Shown: positions 35,378 to 45,889 of the stretch, piece after piece
How positions within the stretch are numbered: position 1 is the first letter of the stretch
Layout of the letters: each line of letters opens with the position of its first letter
Assembly: GCF_036588685.1 (NCBI RefSeq)
Contig: NC_086374.1
Span: 71,300,001 to 71,364,000 of the forward strand
Length of the DNA: 64,000 nt
Direction of reading: 5' to 3'
Origin: Mytilus trossulus
Lineage: Eukaryota
Translations under genes and position numbers: made by a program
Notes under the pieces: generated by a model
What the model saw: only the letters and a program-made list of their open reading frames with translations
What the model was told of the DNA's origin: nothing
The model's database searches: none

Positions 35378-37427
35378 ATCTGCAGATGCACCCAGAAATG
35401 TAAATGATAAGTATAAAATTACTGATATAGATTGTTTTAAATGTGAATATGAGTCACAGTATGAATTAGATAATTTCTTAACTCAAATTCATTATTTTGA
35501 AGAAATTAGTCATAATTTAATGTCATTTACGGGTGTTAAAGGAAGGTTAGCCAAGCATGTAAAATTTTGGGAAAGTATTGGAGCAAATTCCTTTGTTATT
35601 GACACAATACGTAACGGTTATGTCATTCCATTTATTGACCCGCCGGTAAAAATGTTTATTAAGAATAATAAATCGGCACTGATAAACGAATCTTTTGTCA
35701 ATCAGACTATTTCTGAGTTAGTTACTACAGGTTGTGTTGTTGAAGTACCATTTCAACCTCATGTTGTCAATCCATTAAGCGTAGCGATTCAAAAATCTGG
35801 CAAAAAACGGCTTATTCTTGACTTATCTTCTTTAAATAGATCAATCAAAAAAGATAAAATAAAATTTGAAGATTGGAAGATAGCAGTTCAATATTTTCAG
35901 AGAGATTCGTACATGTATAAATTTGATTTAAGTTCTGGATATTTTCATTTGGACATTTGTCCGCAGCAACAAACCTTTTTAGGTTTCAGATGGAATAATA
36001 GATTTTATTGTTTTACAGTTTTAGTATTTGGTATATGTACGGGCCCATATATATTTACAAAATGTCTGAGACCTATGGTCAAATATTGGCGTGAAAACGG
36101 TATAGATGTTGTTTTGTACCTTGATGATGGTTTTGGTATGTGTACAGATAAATCTAAGTGTATAGAAGATTCAGATTTTGTTAAGAAATCTTTAGAAGAT
36201 GCCGGTTTTCTCATAAATGAAGGAAAGTCCATTTTTTCCCCTGTACAGTCATTAGAATGGCTTGGTATTGTTTGGAATGCTAGCGAATTTAGTCTCGTTA
36301 TCCCAGACAGACGTGTAAATGATTTGCGTGTATCGCTTGTGTCAGTTATTGGAAGATTTCCTAATATAACTGCTAGGACCTTAGCTCAGGTTGTAGGTAA
36401 AATTATTTCCATGGCTCCAGTCATTGGCAATGTAGCTAGAATTATGACAAAATTTTGTTATATGGCAATAGAGTGTAGAACAGAATGGGACAAATGGCTG
36501 TTATTTCCATATCCATACAAAGTCTTATCAGAACTGCATTTTTGGTTAAAAAACATACATAGTTTAAACATTAAGTTGTTGGGTCATTACTCAAAGTCAC
36601 ATGTTGTAATTTACTCTGACGCCAGTGGTAAAGGGGCAGGTGCATATTCAGTAGAACTTGACAAGAAGATTTTTCATGAAACGTGGGATTTTTCTGAAGC
36701 TCAAGAAAGTTCGACATGGAGGGAGTTGAAGGCTATAGAGCTAGCCTTGATATCTTTCAAAAATGTTTTTGAAGGCAAAACGCTTAAATGGTACACAGAT
36801 AATCAGAACTGTGTTAAAATTGTAAAAGCTGGTAGTATGAATGAAAAACTACAATTTTTAGCTTTGTCGATTTTTTCGGTCTGTATTCAAAAATGCATTT
36901 CCATTGACATTCAATGGATTCCTAGATCGCAAAACTCTCAAGCTGATTATATCAGTAGAATAGTTGATTACGAGGACTGGGGCGTATCAAATGAGTTTTT
37001 TCAATTTATGAATGATTTATGGGGTCCTTACACAATAGACCGGTTTGCAAATTCTCAGAATGCAAAAGTGTGTAGATACAATTCTATGTTTTGGAACCCG
37101 TGTGCAATAGCTGTAGATGCTTTTACACAAGATTGGTCAAATGAGAATAATTGGTTGGTACCACCTGTTTATTCGGTTATTCGGTGTATTAAGCACTTGA
37201 TTTACTGTAAGGCCAAAGGGACCTTGATTGTTCCTAAATGGAAATCGGCAGCCTATTGGACTAAGATTTTTGATAAAAACCTAGAATACCAGGTACATGT
37301 TACAGATGTAATTGAATTTATAGATACAGAAGGTATCTTTGTGAGAGGGTCGAACCCAAGTTCTATATTTGCTCAAGAACAATTCATAACACCAGTTTTG
37401 GCGGTTATGTTAGATGCTACTCGGTAG
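35193..37427 (+). CDS. pol: Reverse transcriptase / RNase H / DNA N6-adenine methyltransferase-like polyprotein
   Basis: KKRLILDL, FDLSSGYFH, VLYLDDG. RNase H YSDAS..WRELKA..YTDNQ..N..ADYISR. C-terminal IDRFA...DAF..DW....WLVPP MT-like domain. Overlaps gag in another frame. Confidence 0.93.
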   Translation: MLILPTINSFRGSPFVTAPHGVSRASRTCASIVSSSGIGEKIAPSDLDLLVPDRLDLPIKSKSADAPRNVNDKYKITDIDCFKCEYESQYELDNFLTQIHYFEEISHNLMSFTGVKGRLAKHVKFWESIGANSFVIDTIRNGYVIPFIDPPVKMFIKNNKSALINESFVNQTISELVTTGCVVEVPFQPHVVNPLSVAIQKSGKKRLILDLSSLNRSIKKDKIKFEDWKIAVQYFQRDSYMYKFDLSSGYFHLDICPQQQTFLGFRWNNRFYCFTVLVFGICTGPYIFTKCLRPMVKYWRENGIDVVLYLDDGFGMCTDKSKCIEDSDFVKKSLEDAGFLINEGKSIFSPVQSLEWLGIVWNASEFSLVIPDRRVNDLRVSLVSVIGRFPNITARTLAQVVGKIISMAPVIGNVARIMTKFCYMAIECRTEWDKWLLFPYPYKVLSELHFWLKNIHSLNIKLLGHYSKSHVVIYSDASGKGAGAYSVELDKKIFHETWDFSEAQESSTWRELKAIELALISFKNVFEGKTLKWYTDNQNCVKIVKAGSMNEKLQFLALSIFSVCIQKCISIDIQWIPRSQNSQADYISRIVDYEDWGVSNEFFQFMNDLWGPYTIDRFANSQNAKVCRYNSMFWNPCAIAVDAFTQDWSNENNWLVPPVYSVIRCIKHLIYCKAKGTLIVPKWKSAAYWTKIFDKNLEYQVHVTDVIEFIDTEGIFVRGSNPSSIFAQEQFITPVLAVMLDATR

Positions 37428-37603
37428 CGGTGACACGGTCATATACAAAATAGTTGACATGGTTACGTTTATTAATGATTTACCAATAATGTATTGGTGG
37501 TGACATGGTCAAGAATTATAGTTGACAAGGTCAAATGTATGTGACAAGACTTCTGGTTTAATGTGAAGTATGGTCATGCTAATTTTAAAATATATATTAT
37601 GTT

Positions 37604-38656
37604 TTGAGCTTATTAATTTTTATAACGTTAACACATTTTACAGACATTTTCAATGTTGGGATATGGCAATCATTGTCCAGCGATATTCATCCTAGTATGC
37701 CTGATCATCTTGTACAGAAGCTTCCAGATTATGTTCTATCGTCGAGGGCGGACAGCACCAGAAAGAAGTACACTTACGGATTCAACTCTTGGTGTAAGTG
37801 GTCAAAATTACATTGCATTTCTTCATTACCAGCTTCTACTGCTCATATTGCATTATACTTAGTTCATATATCAGAAACATTCAACTCTACAAGTAAAATA
37901 GATGAGGCTGTATATGCGATTTCTTGGGCACACAAGCTGGCCGGTTTTCCGAACCCTTGCAATTCCGACTTGGTTATTTCTGTTCGTGAAGGGTCATACA
38001 GAAAAATTGGACATAAAATTAATAAAAAGGAACCTATTACAGCTAACATTTTATCAAAAATTGTTCATTTATATGGTCAAGATTGTAATAATCTTAAAGA
38101 TGTACGCATTGCATGCATGTGCTTATTAAGTTATGCAGGATTTTTAAGATTTTCTGAATTAGCTAATTTGAAAAGATCTAATGTAACCTTTTTACCTACT
38201 CATGTTAAGCTATTTTTAGAACAGAGCAAAACTGATGTTTACAGGGAAGGTCGTGATGTAGTTATTTCTAAAACTGGAAATAATACTTGTCCAGTGGCTA
38301 TGTTAGAACATTATATGAAGTTAGCTCAAATAGCAGAAAATTCTGACGAATTTGTATTCAGGTCTTTAAGTTATTGTAGTAAAAGTGGAACTTATAAGTT
38401 AAGGAAAAATTCACCACTTTCATACACTAGAGCTAGAGAAGTTTTGTTGAATGCATTAGAAACCATCGGTTTAGATAAAAAACAGTTCGGTCTTCACAGT
38501 TTACGTTCAGGTGGAGCAACTGCTGCAGCAGCAGCAGGGGTTGAAGATCGTCTATTTAAAAAACATGGGCGATGGAAAAGCGAAAATGCTAAAGATGGTT
38601 ATATAAAAGAAAGTATAGATAATAGATTGTCAGTATCTAAAAAATTGGGTATATAA
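37604..38656 (+). CDS. Tyrosine recombinase (integrase)
   Basis: Catalytic R (GFLRFSE), K (SKTD), HSLRSGGAT, HGRW and Y (DGYIK). Start uncertain: TTG in the track, possible splice acceptor at 37643. Confidence 0.93.
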   Translation: MSLLIFITLTHFTDIFNVGIWQSLSSDIHPSMPDHLVQKLPDYVLSSRADSTRKKYTYGFNSWCKWSKLHCISSLPASTAHIALYLVHISETFNSTSKIDEAVYAISWAHKLAGFPNPCNSDLVISVREGSYRKIGHKINKKEPITANILSKIVHLYGQDCNNLKDVRIACMCLLSYAGFLRFSELANLKRSNVTFLPTHVKLFLEQSKTDVYREGRDVVISKTGNNTCPVAMLEHYMKLAQIAENSDEFVFRSLSYCSKSGTYKLRKNSPLSYTRAREVLLNALETIGLDKKQFGLHSLRSGGATAAAAAGVEDRLFKKHGRWKSENAKDGYIKESIDNRLSVSKKLGI

Positions 38657-41600
38657 GATATATATATTGCTGAAAAATAACTATTATCTGTTCCCTTTCT
38701 TTGTTTTTCATTCGATGCTTAACTGTACTGTCCAGGCGAGCTGATATCCCAAATAGTGTTTGGTTTTTTATTTATAAATATTTTATGTTCGTTTGAGTTG
38801 ACGAACAAGAACATAAATGTATTTATCAATGTTATATAGAACACGTGTATTTGTTGTGACATTTGTCACATGACTAGATATACCGGTTTGAAGGTATTCT
38901 CTATAGAGTAATGAGTATTTCACGAGCTAATATAAGCGGGAAGAATTGTAACGGTAAATATATGTGTAGTTATTTGTCATTCGACGCTTGCATTTCGGAC
39001 AGTTAAGTCTGGTCATTTGACCCCACCCACCCACCCACTTTTATTTTGTCAATATTGAAAATTGATGTATTCATGCTTAAGATTTATGTGGATGTTTTTT
39101 AAGATTATACGTGCTTGAAAAGATTGTTAACAAGATATTTCTTTTGTAGATTGTGTATAATTGGAAAATGATATGTTGAACATGTTGAAGCAGCGGCTAC
39201 GGGCGTGCAGACAAACATTGTAAATAAATGAATAAATATGCTTAACTGTACTGTCCAGGCGAGCTGATATCCCAAATAGTGTTTGGTTTTTTATTTATAA
39301 ATATTTTATGTTCGTTTGAGTTGACGAACAAGAACATAATTGGTAATATATCTAGAACCAATTCCGTTAACATTTTGGATATTGTTTCTAAAACTGTTCG
39401 TAAAAACCGTTCTCACGGTTGTAGAACAAATCGCAATCAAAGAAAATTTCGGGCCAATCATACCAATATTTCGGACCTTATTTCTATTTCAAAAAACAAC
39501 GGCAGACATTATCTGTTAACAAAACTCTGTTCGTTACCGGTTAATAAGTTAAATAAAATTTTGGAGGATTGCAACACAATTTCATATAGCAGTCCTAAGT
39601 ATGAAATTGTTCAAATTATTATGGCATATTGTTATTCTAAATTATTTCCCAAAATTGATCGCCCTGAAGATCATAAAAAACATTTTATTAAAATTAAGTA
39701 TGTCAACAAAGGCTTTGATTTTGTAAATATTGCCGGTATATTTAACGACCATTCTGTTAAAGAACAAATTCCTGGATATTTTGACAATACTGAGCTACCT
39801 CTTATTTGTTATATTTACAAGAAATCTACCCGGAAATTTGTGTTTAATTATAGTCAATTGTGTAAAGATGTTAATATCAGTGAAAATACACCTACTTCAT
39901 GTAATTGCAGTAATTCCGAATATATTTATGGACCCATTTCCCATGTTATAACAGGAGATCTTAACATCGTTCAAGACCGAGAGTTAAAATCATTTCTCAG
40001 TAAAGGACCTAAATATCGTCCCCCGTCAATTATTAATTGGAATGAGTGTCGTAATATCATCCACGACTCACTCCTTACTTACTGTATGAAATGGATAAAA
40101 CGGGAAAAAGCTGACAAAAAATCTTTGGACTCTTTTTTTCATTCAGTAATGAAGATAGTTGATATACGTATTCAACATTTTAAAGAACATTTTACTATTA
40201 ACAATAACCACAATAAACCTATTTCTCGTATCAAACATAAACTAAAAGAACTAGCCAAGGAATTTGTTTTTGTCCCGGCCGATAAAGCTGCTAATAATAT
40301 TATTATTGTTTGACGTAAATTTTACATCGAGGTTCTGAAAAAGGAAATCACCAATTCACCAACATTCCAACTGACTCCATTTTCAGAAAACGAAATCTGT
40401 AACAAACATAAACTTTTAGCCACCGCTTTACAAGCAGAGCCAAATACAATGAAAGTTCCAACTATGTATTGGCTTCCGAAGCTACACAAAACCCCTTACA
40501 AATATAGATTTATTTCGTCTTCAAGCCATTGTTCAACTACTAAATTGTCTATTATTCTTACCAGCACACTTGGTACAATTAAAAACCTTATAATAAATTG
40601 TTCAAATAAGGCCTTCGAAAATAGTGGAATAAATTACTTTTGGAGTGTCAAGAACTCGTTGGAAGTACTTGATAAATTGCATGCTTATATTGGTGATTTT
40701 GAATCTGTTCAAAGTTTTGATTTTTCTACCCTGTATACCACATTGCCTCACATTCTCATTAAGAAAAAATTCACACATCTAATTAAATGGGCATTCAAAA
40801 AATCAGAATGTGAATATATATGTTCAAACTCTTTTAGGTCATTTTTTAGTAGCAATAAACAAAAAAACTATGTTAATTGGACATGCTTTGATACTATATA
40901 TGCCCTTGAATTTTTACTAGATAACATTTTTGTTCGCTTTGGGGATTCCGTATATCGTCAGATTATCGGAATTCCAATGGGGACTAACTGTGCACCACTT
41001 ATTGCGGACCTCTTTTTGTATTGTTACGAGTTACAATTTATGACAAAAATAAGCAAAGACCCATCAAAACAACATCTGATAAACTAATTTAATAATACTT
41101 TTAGATATTTGGATGATATTTTGGCTCTCAATAATGACGACTTCAGTATGTATATTAATGAAATTTATCCTGGTGAACTCACTTTAAATAAAGCTAATAC
41201 TAACAATGACCACTGCCCTTTCCTCGATCTTGATATCTATATCACTAACGGAAAGCTGAATACTAAAATTTATGATAAAAGGGATGATTTTTCATTTCCT
41301 ATCGTTAATTATCCGTTTTTAGATGGTGACGTTCCCTTGTCACCATCTTACGGTGTTTATATATCTCAACTTGTACGATTCGCTCGTGTATGTAACAATG
41401 TTTTAGATTTTAACGAGAGAAATTTATGTATTACTGAAAAATTATTACACCAGGGTTTTCGATATCACAAACTAGTCAAAACATTTACTAAATTTTATCA
41501 TCGGTATAAAGACATCATTCGTAAATATAGCTCAACATGCAGACTTTTTATACGTTCAGGTATTTCACATCCAATTTTTTATGGAAATATTCTTTATAAA

Positions 41601-41806
41601 GCACAAAGGTGTCAGTATTCACCTCATAAACTTACAAAACCTTTGAATAGACTTATTAAGAAGGGATATAATTACGATACTGTTGTCAAGTCATTAAAGA
41701 TTGCATATTTTGGCGTTAATATTGAGTCACTGATAAGGTCTTTGCGTCGGAACTAAACACATTTATTCTAAAAACAGTTGTTGGCATGACACGGGTTATG
41801 TTCTTC

Positions 41807-41873
41807 TCATATATGTTATGATGGTATGATACTAAACCCCTTACGGGAAGGATTGTGCCTGATGTTCATATGA
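41807..41873 (+). promoter_or_regulatory. SECIS element (type II) of Naiad copy 1
   Basis: Identical to 45823-45889. Confidence 0.85.
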
Positions 41874-42763
41874 TGAAATCATAATCTTTCAGTCAGTTTA
41901 ATTGAAGTCTGGAGCTGGCATGTCAGTTAACTGCTAGTAGTCTGTTGTTATTTATGTATTATTGTCATTTTGTTTATTTTCTTTGGTTACATCTTCTGAC
42001 ATCAGACTCGGACTTCTCTTGAACTGAATTTTAATTTGCGTATTGTTATGCTTTTACTTTTCTACACTGGTTAGAGGTATAGGGGGAGGGTTGAGATCTC
42101 ACAAACATGTTTAACCCCGCCGCATTTTTGCGCCTGTCCCAAGTCAGGAGCCTCTGGCCTTTGTTAGTCTTGTATTATTTAAATTTTAGTTTCTTGTGTA
42201 CAATTTGGAAATTAGTATGGCGTTCATTATCACTGAACTAGTATATATTTGTTTAGGGGCCAGCTGAAGGACGCCTCCGGGTGCGGGAATTTCTCGCTAC
42301 ATTGAAGACCTGTTGGTGACCTTCTGCTGTTGTGTTTTTTTATTTTGGTCGGGTAGTTGTCTCTTTGACACATTCCCCATTTCCATTCTCAATTTTATTT
42401 TTTACAAAGTTTGTCTTTAGTGCCGTGTGGAGGCAGTAGAGTGCCTCCCCGTGCTTCAGGTTTATGCTCTTATAATATACTAGATTATGGAGTGTGTGTC
42501 CGAGCGAGAACTTCTCTAGTTCATTACTTTAGGAATGTTTATCAAAAAGTAGTATTTCAATATTCAGCCCCATTCTACTAATTGGTCAGCCATCAGTCAT
42601 ACCCTGATATACACTATCTTTTTCGGGTAATTAATACTGATAGCGTTCGACATTTCAGCCGAACAAATTTATCACTTTTACTTAACTTAATTATTGTATG
42701 CTGGTTCATATTCTGGACGCCAATCTTTGCTCCTTTATTATGTAATTCACTAACAAAACAATT

Positions 42764-45700
42764 ATGAAACTAAGAAACGGAAAAATACTAAATACTAAAC
42801 TTGTTCAAAGGGTATCTACACGTCTCAATTTTCAAAATCGGTTATCTAAAAATACTACCATCGCTAACATTTTTAACAATAAAAATCGTGGTTACCCTTC
42901 TATCGATAAGTGTCATGCCAAAAAATGACTTACATGTCCCCGTCTTTCCACCAACAATACGGTAAGGTCCACGTTTAATGGTCGCACATTTTCTTTAAAT
43001 TTTGAAACTGATATTACTTGAAAAACAAACAGTATTATTTATTTACTCACATGAAACAAACCGGGATGTGGTATTCAGTACGTAGGAGAAACTGTAAGAT
43101 ATTTATCAAAACGCACTCAAGAACATCTGTATCGTTTTAAAAGACCTAATAAATTCAAAAGTATCATTTACCAACACCTTAAGAAGCACAACCATCCTTT
43201 TAAATATTTAGCAGTTCAACCTTTAGAAGTAGTAAATAAGCAGCCTGGTGAATCGCATTCAAAGTTTGTACGATCACGGAAAATAATTGAATTAAATTGG
43301 ATTAAAAAATTACAGACAGTTTACCCTCTCGGTCTAAATGATAATATCATGGGAATTGGTAATATATCTAGAACCAATTCCGTTAACATTTTGGATATTG
43401 TTTCTAAAACTGTTCGTAAAAACCGTTCTCACGGTTGTAGAACAAATCGCAATCAAAGAAAATTTCGGGCCAATCATACCAATATTTCGGACCTTATTTC
43501 TATTTCAAAAAACAACGGCAGACATTATCTGTTAACAAAACTCTGTTCGTTACCGGTTAATAAGTTAAATAAAATTTTGGAGGATTGCAACACAATTTCA
43601 TATAGCAGTCCTAAGTATGAAATTGTTCAAATTATTATGGCATATTGTTATTCTAAATTATTTCCCAAAATTGATCGCCCTGAAGATCATAAAAAACATT
43701 TTATTAAAATTAAGTATGTCAACAAAGGCTTTGATTTTGTAAATATTGCCGGTATATTTAACGACCATTCTGTTAAAGAACAAATTCCTGGATATTTTGA
43801 CAATACTGAGCTACCTCTTATTTGTTATATTTACAAGAAATCTACCCGGAAATTTGTGTTTAATTATAGTCAATTGTGTAAAGATGTTAATATCAGTGAA
43901 AATACACCTACTTCATGTAATTGCAGTAATTCCGAATATATTTATGGACCCATTTCCCATGTTATAACAGGAGATCTTAACATCGTTCAAGACCGAGAGT
44001 TAAAATCATTTCTCAGTAAAGGACCTAAATATCGTCCCCCGTCAATTATTAATTGGAATGAGTGTCGTAATATCATCCACGACTCACTCCTTACTTACTG
44101 TATGAAATGGATAAAACGGGAAAAAGCTGACAAAAAATCTTTGGACTCTTTTTTTAATTCAGTAATGAAGATAGTTGATATACGTATTCAACATTTTAAA
44201 GAACATTTTACTATTAACAATAACCACAATAAACCTATTTCTCGTATCAAACATAAACTAAAAGAACTAGCCAAGGAATTTGTTTTTGTCCCGGCCGATA
44301 AAGCTGCTAATAATATTATTATTGTTTGACGTAAATTTTACATCGAGGTTCTGAAAAAGGAAATCACCAATTCACCAACATTCCAACTGACTCCATTTTC
44401 AGAAAACGAAATCTGTAACAAACATAAACTTTTAGCCACCGCTTTACAAGCAGAGCCAAATACAATGAAAGTTCCAACTATGTATTGGCTTCCGAAGCTA
44501 CACAAAACCCCTTACAAATATAGATTTATTTCGTCTTCAAGCCATTGTTCAACTACTAAATTGTCTATTATTCTTACCAGCACACTTGGTACAATTAAAA
44601 ACCTTATAATAAATTGTTCAAATAAGGCCTTCGAAAATAGTGGAATAAATTACTTTTGGAGTGTCAAGAACTCGTTGGAAGTACTTGATAAATTGCATGC
44701 TTATATTGGTGATTTTGAATCTGTTCAAAGTTTTGATTTTTCTACCCTGTATACCACATTGCCTCACATTCTCATTAAGAAAAAATTCACACATCTAATT
44801 AAATGGGCATTCAAAAAATCAGAATGTGAATATATATGTTCAAACTCTTTTAGGTCATTTTTTAGTAGCAATAAACAAAAAAACTATGTTAATTGGACAT
44901 GCTTTGATACTATATATGCCCTTGAATTTTTACTAGATAACATTTTTGTTCGCTTTGGGGATTCCGTATATCGTCAGATTATCGGAATTCCAATGGGGAC
45001 TAACTGTGCACCACTTATTGCGGACCTCTTTTTGTATTGTTACGAGTTACAATTTATGACAAAAATAAGCAAAGACCCATCAAAACAACATCTGATAAAC
45101 AAATTTAATAATACTTTTAGATATTTGGATGATATTTTGGCTCTCAATAATGACGACTTCAGTATGTATATTAATGAAATTTATCCTGGTGAACTCACTT
45201 TAAATAAAGCTAATACTAACAATGACCACTGCCCTTTCCTCGATCTTGATATCTATATCACTAACGGAAAGCTGAATACTAAAATTTATGATAAAAGGGA
45301 TGATTTTTCATTTCCTATCGTTAATTATCCGTTTTTAGATGGTGACGTTCCCTTGTCACCATCTTACGGTGTTTATATATCTCAACTTGTACGATTCGCT
45401 CGTGTATGTAACAATGTTTTAGATTTTAACGAGAGAAATTTATGTATTACTGAAAAATTATTACACCAGGGTTTTCGATATCACAAACTAGTCAAAACAT
45501 TTACTAAATTTTATCATCGGTATAAAGACATCATTCGTAAATATAGCTCAACATGCAGACTTTTTATACGTTCAGGTATTTCACATCCAATTTTTTATGG
45601 AAATATTCTTTATAAAGCACAAAGGTGTCAGTATTCACCTCATAAACTTACAAAACCTTTGAATAGACTTATTAAGAAGGGATATAATTACGATACTGTT

Positions 45701-45772
45701 GTCAAGTCATTAAAGATTGCATATTTTGGCGTTAATATTGAGTCACTGATAAGGTCTTTGCGTCGGAACTAA
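42764..45772 (+). CDS. 1002-aa GIY-YIG endonuclease - CxC - reverse transcriptase; predicted selenoprotein with 4 Sec (codons 55, 86, 97, 522)
   Basis: One frame from ATG 42764 to TAA 45770-45772, interrupted only by TGA at 42926, 43019, 43052 and 44327. Reads KCHAKK*LTC, DIT*KTNSIIYLLT*NKPGCGIQYVGET, EH..QH, ELNWIKKLQTVYPLGLN, linker SCNCS, DKAANNIIIV*RK, YWLPKLHK, FDFSTLYT, GIPMG, RYLDD. Confidence 0.9.
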
Positions 45773-45822
45773 ACACATTTATTCTAAAAACAGTTGTTGG
45801 CATGACACGGGTTATGTTCTTC

Positions 45823-45889
45823 TCATATATGTTATGATGGTATGATACTAAACCCCTTACGGGAAGGATTGTGCCTGATGTTCATATGA
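45823..45889 (+). promoter_or_regulatory. SECIS element (type II) of Naiad copy 2
   Basis: Helix I TCATAT/ATATGA. Core ATGA (45834-37) with TGAT (45876-79). Helix II GGTATGAT/ATTGTGCC. Unpaired AAA at 45850-52, 12 nt after ATGA. Apical mini-stem CCC/GGG. Confidence 0.87.

Larger units (their letters stand above)
34414..39337 (+). mobile_element. Intact PAT-like (DIRS order) tyrosine-recombinase retrotransposon with split direct repeats
   Basis: A1 34414-34617 = A2 38815-39018 (204 bp); B1 38715-38814 = B2 39238-39337 (100 bp). Order A1-gag-pol-YR-B1-A2-spacer-B2. No TSD. Confidence 0.95.
33608..42399 (+). mobile_element. Naiad-type Penelope-like retroelement, copy 1 (slightly 5'-truncated, interrupted by 34414-39337, premature TAA at 41085)
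   Basis: 33608-34413 plus 39338-42399 matches 42548-46415 with only three substitutions seen. ATG 33824; in-frame TGA at 33986, 34079, 34112 and 40311. Confidence 0.95.

Noticed and set aside
39279-40313. 344-aa ORF as a standalone gene
   Set aside because: Chimeric: the first ~20 codons come from DIRS repeat B2 (GTG start) and the rest is the interrupted Naiad ORF.
42926-44329. TGA read as Trp (mitochondrial or mycoplasma code) or simple pseudogene decay
   Set aside because: Trp is encoded by TGG throughout this ORF and nuclear neighbours use TGA as stop. All four sites fall in Cys contexts, and a SECIS is present.
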